Below the pieces are notes generated by a model. That model had not been told where the DNA came from, searched no databases, and was given only the letters and a program-made list of their open reading frames with translations. A program made the translations under genes and the position numbers. From positions 62,001 to 126,000 of the forward strand of contig MU005973.1 of assembly GCA_010093745.1 (NCBI GenBank): DNA of 64,000 bases, given 5' to 3'. The stretch's first letter is position 1, and each line of letters opens with the position of its first letter. Shown piece after piece: positions 1 to 12,672 of this stretch. This stretch comes from Piedraia hortae CBS 480.64 (lineage: Eukaryota).

Positions 1-3000
1 AGTAGTGCAGATTTTGGATGTCGTTGCTCCCCCTCTCCGAACTCTGATGCTTTCCAACACCGACTCGGTTTCTGTATTGATTATGCACTCCCTCTTTGCT
101 AAAGTTGACTGATGAGCGGGATGTAGCGTCGGTTGCTGCAACCATGCGGTTCTTGGGTGCGGTAGTACTTCCATACTGGTCCAGTGCTTTTAGGTATTCA
201 TGGTAGGATTTAGACTTGTACGATGAACTTAATTTGATGCTTTACCTCGATACAATTTTTGGTTATTCGAGATCGAATTTTGCGATTCATATCTAGATAC
301 TCCCTAGTAGTCTTACTCACTTCATGCACACTTTTGATCCAAAGTCTAGATTACTCACTTTTACAGGTTTGATTCAAGACCGTAAACGCGAAAGGTGCCG
401 CAGGAAGCCATTTATCATAGCTATAAGTTGGGTATTCCATGGCACATGCTTTAAAGTGTCCTATGATACTCTTTTAATTGCGCAAAGTCCCGTTTGCGGC
501 GGGAATATCTTGAATTATTTCAAGATTTATTCTCGCAAGTATAACGAACGTGCACCTCTAGCTCATAGATTTAAGGCATCAAGCTCTAATTGGTTTGATC
601 TCGAAAATATCTCCTTTCGAACGCATTTTGTTGAAGGCGTGCACAAGATTTAGTTGTTATTCTGTCTATCCAAGCCTGATGGGCCGGATTCGTGACTTTA
701 ACTTTGCATAAACAATACACAACAACTTCATATCGTGCATGCCTGGAACAAGGTGCACTGCATGATAGCCAAATATTCCAATCAGGAGAATGAGTGTATT
801 AAGGCTGCCCCATATCTCGGCACGAGTCGGACCTGGACCTCGTTTGCCAAGACCACATTATGTGACTTGATGCTGTCCCAAGGGAGTTGAAGTAAAAACC
901 CTCGGAGAGGAAGACTCTGATAGTGGAAGCGAAACCTAGATGAACGACGAGTGTGTGTGTCGAGTCACTCGGCCTTGACAAAAAGGTGCATGTATAATGT
1001 CACTGTAAGATGAGGTGAGGTGAAGTGCCGAACATCACTACATGCTGACCCAGGTCCAGCCGATTTCACAAAGACCATGTCAACGAGCACACATAGAGCA
1101 TTGACGGGACCGTGCCTTGTCCCAGAGAAAACTTCTTCCTCGGAGGTAAACCCCTTGGAAAGCCTTCTAATGAATAAGAAGGTTCTACAGCCAGATCGTC
1201 TCTGCAAACGGCTCAAATCACAGAGGGTTTTCACCTCTAAAGAGAAGTTTCCCCTGTGATGAGGATACGTCACCACACATGAATGCGGTCTAGCCTGTAG
1301 TGCGAGGTTAGCGCCTTGGCAAGAGGCCACGCCTCACTTTAAATTGTCATGAACACCACGTGCTACACACGTCGTTGCTGGTCCCATCTCTCTGACACTA
1401 TCCAAAGTGGCCCAACAAATCCTCTGGGAAGTCCGATTCCCTGCCTACATCAAGCAGGCATCTGACGCGCACTTTGGATGCCGCCGGCAGTCATAAGCAG
1501 CCGTATTCACCTTGTAGTTAAGACAACGAATCATCAACCAATCAAATACTCAATTAATTGGACAGGCAAACAGTCAATAGCCCTCCTTTCATCTCTTGAT
1601 TGTCAATACACCTGTAGTTTACTCTTCATTCCCGCTACATCCATAGCCATAGAGAATGGCGAATGAGCGAAAGCAGCATACAAGACCAAAGCATTCTGCA
1701 AAAAGCGGCCCTGCCGAACATGAACATCAATGCGGAGACAAAAGAGGAAGAAGACGAGTGTGGAGGAGAGCGGTTCGGAGGGGCCGGGGGAGCCTGGCAC
1801 GGATGGGAAGAAGAGGAAGGAAGGGATGAAATCGAAGAGAAAGGAGAATGAAGCAAAGGGCGGGGAAAACGCTAAGAAAGCGGAGAAGACGGGGACAACA
1901 CATGGCAACAACCAACATACCCCGGAGCCATCGTTCCCAGAAAGCGCCTACAAGGATTACGCCACACGCCGACTACAAATCGGGCTGGCTCACGTCAATG
2001 AGCTCATCTCCATCTCCCCAGCCACCCCTAGGACCAAGCACTTTTGGGGGATGTGGCGGAAGCCTAATCGCGAGGCATTGGCCGACGGAAAATCAAAGTC
2101 TACAGTACAAGAAAGAGGCCGCACCTTTGATGAGGTCTACTCACCCTGTTGGAGCAGCTGAGAGACAGTGGTGCTAATGGCATTAACTTCTCTGTCTCAA
2201 ATGAGGACCCTCCCGATCCACAAGCAATTGGGAGTATGCACGCTTATCTCCAGCAAGGAATCACGGGTACTTTTCGCACGCAATAGGGAAGACTTGTAGG
2301 CAAATTACACTGCCTCCCAGCCTCACTCTCTCCTTAGAGTCACAAATATGCTTGACGCTTACCAACTGTGGGATGTCGAGATTTCACAGCAATAATCAAC
2401 CTTTACTCCACTGCCACTTTGCTACTGACATGACGAAATCTTCCCAAACATTGATAGGATATTGCAATTATCAAAACCTATCGCTGGCGTTTCGGCACCT
2501 GTACGGTCAATCGCCTAACATCTCGCAGCGTCTCGCACAAATCATCGTAGCAATACGTGAAGAGAGTGAAACCGTCTTCTGTCCAGACGCGGAAACAAAA
2601 ATCGTCGCAAATGAAGAAAACGTTGGTATACATCAACTCATATCTGTCCTAATAAGCCAGAGAGAGGCATTGCAGTTCTTCGCACCCAGTAAGGGCATAT
2701 GCGAGCCTGAGCAAGAAAGCCGTACTCTCCGCGCCCCAGACCTCAGCCCTTCTAACACTTAGCTCGCAATTTGCAGCGTCGCGCTCCTATCAAGAAAAAG
2801 CGCAGCAAGATGGAGAGCGTTCGGCCGTGTGCACTAGGACAAGTGTTTTTTGAGGGCTGATTAGAAGGGATATACGGTACAAATAATTGATACTTGGCGT
2901 TCCATCGTCGATGATTGTTACAGATATTCTGACCAGGGGGTTATTCTCAGCCATATTGCAATAAAATCCTGATTAAGATTCCGAGTCCTGTTTAGGAAAT

Positions 3001-3391
3001 ACAGACATGGGTATAGCGGACACTGGATACAGCGGAATTCTTTTTATAGCGGATTTTCAGCATCCCGCATTTGTCGCTACTCACACGTAAGTATGATACC
3101 CGGATACAGTGAATCCTTGACATAGCGGAAAAAGTTTTCGCGCCAGACCAATTCGTTATAACCTGGTTTGACTGTAGTGGGTTTGCTGTGAATGACAACA
3201 ATGACGCTTCCATCCAAGTGGTTCGTAGTGTGCCTGAAATTTCCTGTAACACGAATGTTTGTATGCAGCTTTCTTGAGAGCGATACAACCTGTCATTTTT
3301 ACTCAAACACAGCGTAGGAACCTCTACCCTTCAAAATGAGATTACGAAGTAGAACTATTTCAGGTCCGCAGCCGCGACTTGTACGCGCGAA

Positions 3392-4617
3392 ATGGCCGCA
3401 GAGATAGTTCTTCCCAGCTGAGGATGTGCTTCAGATATCGCGTAACCTCTTGGGCGACAATTGTTCATTGCGCAGTTTTTTCCGGGTGTGTCGAGATTGG
3501 TGCGGGCCAGGGAGAGAGGTCTCACGGCAAGAGATCGACAGCAAGCGCTTGGAAGCTGTCCCTGATGAGCATCTCCAGAGATTCGCGAATTTTGTCCAGA
3601 CGTTGTATCTGACGTCCACTTTCAGCTGGGAACAGAGGATGCAGAGGTGCACCATTCCTTACTTGAAGTTTCTGTACCTTTACAGGTTCTCGCGGTATAC
3701 TTTCTGCTCCCCGCATTCGCCCGACAGATCGTTTGCGAGAATCCCCAGCAGCCTGTCAGTGCTTTATGTGGGTGAATATCCGACCCCCTACTCTGCGTTG
3801 AGGGATCTTCTCGCGCAGCTTCCCACTCTGAATTACCTTGAAGTGTGTTTTGAAGCAGGGGACGCTATCAAATTCATGGAGCAGCTCATTCGGCATGACA
3901 CATTGCCGCAAATGGTAGTGACTAGTAAAACGCACCGCGCGCTCTTTTCGCAATTTGTTTCTCAACCCACTTGGGTCTCTGTGGAGGCATTTCGCAAGAT
4001 ACACAGCAACATTTTATAACTCAACCTCACGCTCGTGCCATCGCTGCGGAAGTTCTTTGAGGTAGTCACGATACTGCAGAAGCTACAGTGCTTGTACCTC
4101 TCCATCGTCAATGGTACTGCAGTCCAGACACCGATTATTGACAATTACTCTCTCGAAAGCCTTGCGCCTTTTGCACCTCAGAAATGTTTCCGATGTGTCT
4201 GGCCGTAGAGTGTTCTCGACGAGCAAAGAAAGCTGGAGGCGTCTGTTTTTTGCTCCCTGTGTAAGTTGCGAGATTCCCATCTGGACTTTGACGGCGTTAT
4301 ACATGCCGACATGTTCAAAGCCCTGGAAAGTTCTTGCTGCCGCCTGAAACATTGCCAGATCTTAGACACTCTAGACTTCACACCGTTGCAAATTGAGGCG
4401 CGACCGATATTTCCCCGGCTTGAGAGGATTGGTGCGAATGTTTTCACCTTCGCTGAGGTGGCGGAGGTGGACAATCCCTATGAGACAGTGTGAGTTTTAC
4501 AAATCATTGCCCATCCTCTTACCCTTCTGGAGCTCTACGATTCCAACCTTGCTTCGTTGCTGGCTGAAAACCCCTACATCGATGCCATTTTTCGAAGGTC
4601 ATGGTTGATCGATGAGT
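3392..4617 (+). pseudogene. Pseudogene of an intronless F-box-like/LRR (RNI-like) family, paralog of 32682-33941
   Basis: FPAEDVLQISRNLLGDNCSLRSFFRVCRDWCGPGREV..EIDSKRLEAVPDEHLQRFANFVQTL aligns with the N-terminus of the intact copy (PDEVLRKIAENL..SLRSFFQVCKEWAGPGREVLWQE..LEAVPDEHRQDFANFV). Similarity continues past TAA 4017-4019 and in other frames (WRRLF; GVIHADMFKALESSCCRLKHCQILDTLD..IFPRL). ATG 3392 is out of frame and there is an in-frame TAG at 3405. The 3' end is approximate. Confidence 0.8.
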
Positions 4618-5349
4618 GATGTTGCGTGGCGTCGGGTGCTGCTGCACACCAAGCGGTCCGGGTTTGCAAATTCTTGCTTGCCCAGAAAATCAGTCAGTCC
4701 AGGCAACAAGAGATAACAGTTCGAGTCAAAGACTAGAATAGCCACCATGGGTATGAAAAGATTAGGGAGGTCCTTCACGTTCCGCGACTCTGACGGAATG
4801 GTGAACTAAACCTGTGTGTGAGTGTGAAGCTCAGGTTGCCACTCCATAGAAAGAATGGTCCGTGCGTGGACCACAATACCCACAACTGTATGATACGCTC
4901 AGAACTATAACTCTTTTCAGTTACAAGAGCAATCCTCGACTCAACATACATAAAAGTACAGATTCTCACATCCTCGTCAATCGCCACCCCAAACAAACTG
5001 CTATCCAATTTGTTTCGCACTAGACGTACTACGTAGAGGTATCAGAACAAGCACATCAACCTCGGGAGTTAATCTTTATGCCAATGCACATCTCATCGAC
5101 AGGTTGACAGACACCCCGTATACCCACACCCCGCCCCCTAAGACAAGCAGTACCGCAAGGTAGTTCATGATTCTTATCTGCCCCAACCCTCAATCGCCCC
5201 GCGTAAAAATCAGGTTCCTCCACCACCATCACACCCACAAAAACCGTCCACTTCACCACCACCCCAGAAAGATATATTTCCGCAAAGATTCAATTACCTA
5301 TCTCTACCCCTCAAACGCCCATTTCTTATCATACACCCAACAAAAAACT

Positions 5350-8300
5350 CTAAGACTTCTTCTTCGCCGACCCATTCGCATGGCCATTAACCTTCTGTAT
5401 ATCAAATCAGCAGTTATCCCAAAGGGGTCAACGTCCATCACTTACGCCAGAAGCCTTCTTCTTCGCCTTCGGAACCTCCTCTTCAGCGACATCCTCCATT
5501 TCCTCATCCTCATCAACGGGTACGGTTGGAGCGGGCGCGGAGCGCTTCTTACCCGCCGCGTTCCCGCCCGAGTTATTCGCAGAATCACGCATGACGGCTT
5601 GGATGAGAGTCGTGCCGCGCCGACTAAGCTCCATTGGCGTACGACTGAGGAAAAACCAATCAAACCGAAACAAGGGCGAAGCGTGGATCTCATCGCGAAT
5701 GCGATCGTAGAGGTGCTCGCTGTCTAGACCGTACCTGTCCATCATGATGAGGAGGAAGCGGTCTTCTTCGTCCGTGTAGACTTTTTTGTTTGTTTGGGCT
5801 ACGGCGTGGGTTATTTTCAGTTGTTGGATCGGGCAGCGGTAGGAGCGGATTTTCTTGCGGAGGGTTTCTTTTTGCGATTGGGTGCGTGCGCGGCGGGCAT
5901 CACCTTCTTCGATGACTTCAATGTGGCGCTCCCAATTGTTGATTTCCTTGTAGCGCTTCCAGAAGACGGTCGCGTATTCTTTGACTTCTTTGGCATCTTT
6001 GCTACCGACTTCCTTGGCGATCTCGGTGTAGGCGTTTCGGCCATGCTTGGCTGTGCCGCTGATGAACTGCTGGAAGTCACGCTTGTTCCAGTCGCCAAAT
6101 CCTGCCTGCGCTAGCTTCTCCTTTTCGGCGACTTCTTTGGGCGTCAAAGGCTCAGCCTCGTCAATAATGCGTTGCTCCTCTTCCTGCTCGCGCGTGCGTT
6201 GGGCCAGCGTATCCTCATCTCCATCTGCGAGAGGCGCCTTGATGTTATTTTCCTTACGAAAGTGAGCTGTCTCCCGATCCTGCAGGTCAGCCAGGCGCGA
6301 GTCAAAGAACTGATAGTCATGCATGGCCTGCTGCTTCGGGGCACGCGGAAGCTTCGGCTTGGGCTCCGCACGAGGGCCACCAGTGGCCAAGGCCTGGCGA
6401 TAGTACCTGTCCATGCTGTAACTCTGCTCTTTGCGTTCGCGTTTGGCGGGATTGATCCAACTCGTGCCAAGCTCCTTGGTGGGATTGACAAAACCTTCAC
6501 CATTCCAGTCGTGTCCACCATACGCTTCAGTGGAGAACTTTTGCAGATCGTCGAGACCAAGCTTCTCATACTTGGCATTCATCTCTCTGGTGCGCTCCTC
6601 TCCGCGGCGGAGTATGTTGTCCAAGTCCGACTCTGTCATTTCTGCAGGGTTACCCATGCTCGCGCCCTCGTTTTTACTGAGGATATTCTGTGCGCCATGC
6701 TGGATCATGCCGAGCAGCTCATCTTTGGACGCGGCTTGCTTCGCCTGCTGCTGGGCGCGGCCCTGCTGGATGACGAGTTGGTCCAGCCTCAGCTTCTGGG
6801 CCGCACGCTCCAGTACCTTCTCCTCGATGGCATTCTCCGTCACGAAGCGGTAGACAACAACCTGCTTCTTCTGGCCGATACGATGGGCACGATCCATGGC
6901 CTGCAGATCGGCCTGGGGATTCCAGTCCGAGTCGAACAGCACAACGATGTCGGCCGTTGTGAGATTGATGCCCAAGCCACCGGCACGCGTTGTGAGCAGA
7001 AACAAGAACTTTTCCGAGTCGGGCTTGTTGTAGGCATCAATGGCAGCTACACGGTCCTCATGGGCAGTGGAACCGTCGATGCGGCAGTATTCATAGCCAC
7101 GCATGACGCTGTAGTCCTCGAGAATGTCCAGCACACGGCTCATCTGCGAGAAGATGAGCACGCGCGAGCCCTGGGCCTTCATGCGCTTTAGTAACTTGTC
7201 CAGCATCACCATCTTGGCTGCATTATCGACTAGATGCTCGTCAGTAGTGTAGGGCGGGCCGGGCTCAGCGCCGTCGAAGAGATACGGGTGATTACAGCAC
7301 TTGCGTAGCTGCATGACGATATTGAGGAGACGTGTCTTGCTCTCGCCCTTGGAGGCAGCACCGTTTATAGCGTCAATGTCCTTGTTAAGAATTTTGCGGT
7401 ACCATGCCACCTGCATCTCGCTCATGCCAATGTAGAGGTTGATCTCCTTCTTCGGCAGAAGACTCTTCTCCACATCGCTTTTCACACGACGCAGCAAGAA
7501 AGGCCGGAGCACCCGGTGCAGCTGCTGAACGACTGTATCCTGGTCAGCCGACTGGCTGCTGAACCAGTTGTCAAACGTCTGAGAGTCGCCAAAGACATCT
7601 GGCAGCAGGAAATTGAGCAGCGCCCACAACTCGTGCAGGTTGTTCTGCAGCGGCGTGCCGGTGATCAGCAGGCGGTGGCGCGAATTGAAGATGCGCACAA
7701 TCTGGGCTAGCGACGACTCCTCGTTCTTGATGCGGTGAGCCTCGTCAATGATGATGTACTCCCACGCAAACTTCTTCAGGTGCGCCTTCTCGCGCAGAAT
7801 CATCTCGTACGACGTAATGCAGACGTCAAATTTGTCATCCACCAGTCGCTCGTTGATCAGCGCATGTCGTTCGTCCTTGGCGCCCTGCAGTACAAGCACA
7901 TTGATGTCTGGGATCCACTGCGTAAACTCCCGCTTCCAGTTGTCCAGAGTCGACTTGGGCACGACGACAAGGTGAGGACCCGTAATGCCCTGCACATATC
8001 GCAAGTAACCAAGGAATGAAATGGTCTGCAACGTCTTGCCGAGCCCCATTTCGTCAGCTAGAATGCCCGAGATGCCGTTCTCATGCAAATCAATCAACCA
8101 ATTCAATCCTGCTACCTGGTAGTCGCGCATCTCGCCGTGAATGAAGCTGGGACTCTCATGGAAGATGGTCCGACCGTCGCTGCCCTGCTTGCCCTGACGC
8201 AGCAACTCAGCGTCCTCCTCCTTCTCCGTCCGCCGTCGCCTCTCTCCACCTGCTCCGCCCTGTCGCTTGCCCGCCACCCTTTTGCCCTGATGCACCGCAT

Positions 8301-8637
8301 CCTGTCGGTCAATCTCAGCAATAATCTCGCGGATCTTGGGGTTCGGGTTTGCGTCGATGAAGTGGCGAAAAAGATCAGTCAGACCAAGCAGGTAGCGGAA
8401 CCTGCGAATGCTATCGTCCTCCTTGGATTCGCCGAGCCGCTGGTGTTTCTTGCCAAATACGTTCTTGCGCAACTGGTCACCCTCGTGGCGCCGCTTGCGG
8501 CCGTCAGGCACATCCCCTGCCACGCTATTGGTCCCTGTCGGTACTGACTCCGTGTCGGTGTAGTCAGGCGTATCGACCATCTGCACATCGTTGTCTGATG
8601 CCGCACCGCCGGCTTCTGCTGACGGAACGCTACTCAT
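5350..8637 (-). CDS. ISW2: ISWI-family (SNF2) chromatin-remodelling ATPase
   Basis: GILADEMGLGKT, DEAH box, LLTTRAGGLGINL, QAMDRAHRIGQ and a C-terminal HAND-SANT-SLIDE-like region. The likely start is ATG 8637 (the ORF track starts on a GTG at 8652). A 51-nt intron 5445-5395 (GTAAGT..CAG) gives a final exon KVNGHANGSAKKKS*. Confidence 0.93.
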
Positions 8638-9158
8638 CTTGCGCCAGGTCACGTCTTCTCGCGCTTCTGCAAGAATCCACGCGTTTTCTCAACCTACAGT
8701 GCTGACAGGTGGAAGCTGCTGTCCACGACTAAGGTGCCGGTGACAACGATGATGCCTTGCGGAAAAGCGATGGAGCATCAGCGCGTCGCTGACTCAGCAT
8801 TTCCGTTATCACGTGCAGCTTGCAGACCCACAGTATCACTCTGTTTTGCTACGGGAACGCTAGCGGTCTGTATCGACCATTTCGTACAATTCTTAGCCAC
8901 CTTTCTGTCCTGTCAAGTTGGTCCAGCAAGCCATCAAAACCGCTCAAGCTATGCTGACCGATCATTAGACAGCATTCCGACACGAAGAAACCCCTGTCAG
9001 ACACTTTAGTTACAGTTCTGTAGAAAACGGAACGGGCCGCTAGCGTACCCGTAGCAAAATGCTGTGGTAGTCAAAAAAAAAAAACAGTGACGGATCCTCC
9101 CACTGGCGTCGCATCTCTACCGACCAATAGATTCATGAGTTACAAACTTCACCACATC

Positions 9159-10446
9159 ATGTCATGGCTTTGTTCACGATGTCGGCAGCAGCTTCTTTTC
9201 CGCTTGCCGCGGAGATGGACACGCCTACAGAGCACGGGTAAGTCGGCCAAGGATAACGCGACATCAACCAACACGAGACTATGCAGCTTCGTTGCCAGAG
9301 GTTCCGCTGGGGCTGCTTTCGAGGGCCCAACAACTAGCTGCTGAGCACGACTCTCTCAATAGAAAAATTGCCGAAAAGTATGATGCTGCAGTTGCAAAAC
9401 GGATAGGCGAGCTTTCCCCGACTGTGTCCGCTGTGCGCGAGTACGAGAAAGCGCGATCGGCATGGGATGAACTCTGCAGCTTGCTGCAGTCGCCGGACCG
9501 GGAGCTGAGGAAGATGGCAGAGGATGAAGTTGATATGGCCAAGGAGAGGGTTTCCTTGGCGAGTGCGGCAGTCAAGTCTAGTCTTGTGCCCGTTCATCCT
9601 TTTGCGCACCTGCCTTGTCTTATCGAGATTCGGCCGGGGGCAGGTGGGGACGAAGCCGCGCTCTTCGCTGGCGATTTGGTGAACATGTACGAATCCTACT
9701 GCGCTTGGGCGGGAATGAAGACAACGAGGCTGCAGTACGAGACGAGAGTGGGATTGGTGGCAGGGACGGGCAACTCGGGGAACAACGCCCATGTGCAAAA
9801 CGCAGTCATCGAGGTAGATTCACCAGGGGCATATGGGAGACTTCGGTGCGAGGCGGGAGTGCACCGAGTACAGCGTGTGCCGGCGACAGAAAACAAAGGC
9901 CGAACACATACCTCGACAGTCAGCGTCATAGTCCTGCCTGCTGTTCCCGTGGACGAGGGCGGGGCGGACAACTTCAACGATCCCAAGAGCGACTACTACG
10001 TGGCGCCTGACGAGGTTAAGTTGGAGGTGATGAGGGCGAGCGGTGCGGGTGGACAGCACGTAAACAGGACCGAATCGGCCGTCCGGCTAACGCATCTTCC
10101 TACAGGCACCGTCGTGGCCATGCAGGAGACGCGGTCACAGATGCAGAACCGTGAGCGGGCGTGGAAGTTACTGCGCGCGCGGCTGGCTCAGCGTCGACGG
10201 GAGGAACGCGAAGAAGAAATGGCAAAGATTAGACGTAGCGCCGGCGCCGGCCAGTCGGGCCGCGAGAGCAAGGTGCGTACATACAATTGGAACCAGCAGC
10301 GAGTCAGCGACCATCGGTCCGGTCTGGATGTGCGCGCCCTCGACGCCGTACTGGAGGGCGGCGACGCGCTGGAACGCGTCATGGACAGCGTAAGGGGATG
10401 GATGGCTGAACGCGACGTGGCCGAAGAAGTTGATTTTAATCATTAG
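9159..10446 (+). CDS. MRF1: Mitochondrial peptide chain release factor 1
   Basis: GGQ motif (RASGAGGQHVNRTESAVR), PAT anticodon-mimic motif (RVPATE..GRTHTS) and RTYN motif. Exon 1 (MSWLCSRCRQQLLFRLPRRW) is Arg-rich like a presequence and joins in frame across intron 9238-9286 (GTAAGT..CAG). Confidence 0.92.
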
Positions 10447-10462
10447 CCTGCGACAGCAGCCG

Positions 10463-11067
10463 TCATTTGGTCACACGATCGTATGTAACATTCATTACCA
10501 TCCCCCCTGACATGGCTGTGCGGACGTGTCGCTTAAATCGCTCCCGGTCTTCTTGTAGATCCCTTGCCGCCGCCTCGTTGAGCGGGTCGTTGGGATTCGG
10601 CTCCAAGAAGAGAAACTGGAGGCCGACGATGACAGCATTGAGGTTCAACACCGGTTTCCAGTCCTCGCGCAGAATGTTCAGACACACCTTGCCGGCAAGA
10701 TCGATGTTGGGGTGGTACATCTTCTCCCGACACTCAACCTTGGGCGGTTCATGAGGGAAATTGGGCCCGATAGTGAAGTCGAATCTAAAGGTGCCGCCTC
10801 GGTACATGCCCTCGTCGGGACTGATGGTAAGCATAAAGTGTAGAATATCGTCCTTATTGGGGAAATCCATCTTCATCGTGTGTGGTAGCGAAAGCTCAGC
10901 AAGATCTACATCAAGTCAGCCAGCTTCTTCAGACACTGCTCTTCCACCCACATACCTTTTTGTGTCCGCAGTTGCGCAGGCGTTACCTTCTTCTTCTTCG
11001 GTCCTGCGCCTTGTTGCGCGGCCTCCTCCTTCTGCTGCTGCTGTTTCATGCTCCATATCTTCAGCAT
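10463..11067 (-). CDS. UBC12: NEDD8-conjugating E2 enzyme Ubc12
   Basis: N-terminus MLKIWSMKQ..KKKKVTPAQLRTQKD, HPNIDLAGKVCLNILREDWKPVL (catalytic Cys) and FLEPNPNDPLN. Intron 10955-10906 (GTATGT..TAG) restores the frame. Confidence 0.93.
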
Positions 11068-11482
11068 CTTGAGGATATGCCCGTCCTTGTAGCGATTTGG
11101 TCTCTTTTTAATTTTCCTGCCTTTATGTTAGGTCTTTTAGGTGGGTGGTGACGTTTAAACCCATGTGCCCCCCCCCCCCCCCACAGGGACCATGTTATGG
11201 TTCATGACTCAGCATTTGACACACCGATTTTAGACACAAGTGGGGTTCCTCCGCGTGGGAAACCCCGTGAAGCCTCTGTAGTCAGACATTTTGTTATCAA
11301 GAAAGAAGTCTCGTACATTGTCAGCACCCAGATATCCCTGGTGAGAACGCTTCAATTACCAAAAGACATAACCCTCTTTCCAGTTAACCCCCATCCTTGT
11401 AGTGTGTACCTCCCGAATCCCCTCCCAGCCAGCCGCCGATAGACCCAAAAGAAACCGCTTATCCTCAAATCATACAGGTATT

Positions 11483-12672
11483 TTACGCCGTGATACTACC
11501 CTGCCAAGTCAGGTGGTCAGAGGGCATCACACCCGCTGAAGATGGTAGCATCGGATGGCCGTAGGCCGGGTAGTGCTGGTTTGCTGCAAAGCTGTTGCTT
11601 CGTCCGCTGATTTGAAGCATGTGCCAGTCGCTCATGGGCAAGCCGCCGCCAAGATCATACCAGCTATCGTAGTTTCCGTAAATGTCTGGCACTGTGCGGC
11701 TGCGGGCGTAGAGCGATGCATTCTTCGGTGCAGGCACGTACTGCGCGTACGCCGTTGATGAGTCGAACGGCAAGCCAAACGCGCAGGACGTATACGCCAT
11801 AGAAGCCGCGGGTTGTGTAGGTACAGTTGCCTTCGGTCGCGGTATGTAAGCTGACATTTGTCTAGGTCAGTGTTAGCTACCTGGCCGAAGACGAGAGTGG
11901 CGGATGATCGTACTTTGAGGTGGGATTATGCTGGACCGTAGCTGCCGGTGCATCCTTGACAGGGCCGTGTCTAGGTCGTACACGGCGAATTGGACGTTGT
12001 GGTGTAGCATCAGCCTTCAAGTCTGTCTCCGACGTCTCACTGGACCCGGTCGAACGCTCTTTGGGCGACTCAAGTGCGACTCTTGGACTGCGGTCAGCAA
12101 AGGTGCCCAACAGACGACATGAGGCTCCTTACGAAGAGTGTCGTGTGATGGTATGACGATTCAAAAGATCTTCCCGGTTGAAAGAACGACCACAACCAAA
12201 AGCGTCACACGGGTAATTACCCGGCTTGTGGTTCTGTTGATGGCGTCTGTCCTCGTCAGAATTCAGTTGCAGATGGTTGTCCAATTTAACTACCTAAGAT
12301 GTTCTGCCCGCGTGTACGTCTACCCTCGGTCAGCTATGCCAGGAAGCCTACCCGGATGCATACCTTTCCACAATCATCGCAATAATGCACCCGCCGTCCC
12401 TTGGTCGCCTTGCTGACTCGGCCGGTTCGAGTGTATTTTACAGTCTCCAGGTTTCCAGGAGACGACGCCCGCCTCACTGCATCGGAAACTGTGCGTCTGG
12501 GTTCCAGCACACGCCAGCATCCAGAAGGCAACATTATCTGTACGGACCGGACAGGTTGAGGACAGCCTTTAGTCGAACGAGATCGCAAACAGTCAGGTTG
12601 AATTACGGACGCACTAGCGTTTTGTCTATGCCGAACTGGTGGTTGCGACTCAACAGGGACTGCGGACGCCAT
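11483..12672 (-). CDS. C2H2 zinc-finger transcription factor (two fingers)
   Basis: Splicing four introns (12363-12320, 12293-12247, 12132-12088, 11913-11862; 44-52 nt, all GT..AG) gives one frame: KYTRTGRVSKATKGRRVHYCDDCGKTYTRAEHLRRHQQNHKPGNYPCDAFGCGRSFNREDLLNRH, followed by a Ser/Pro-rich tail. Confidence 0.85.

Noticed and set aside
1730..2161. Lys/Glu-rich 143-aa ORF
   Set aside because: It is purine-rich low-complexity sequence open in several frames, with no domain evidence.
6172..7191. 339-aa + strand ORF
   Set aside because: It lies antisense to the ISWI gene, is explained by codon bias, and has no recognisable motifs.
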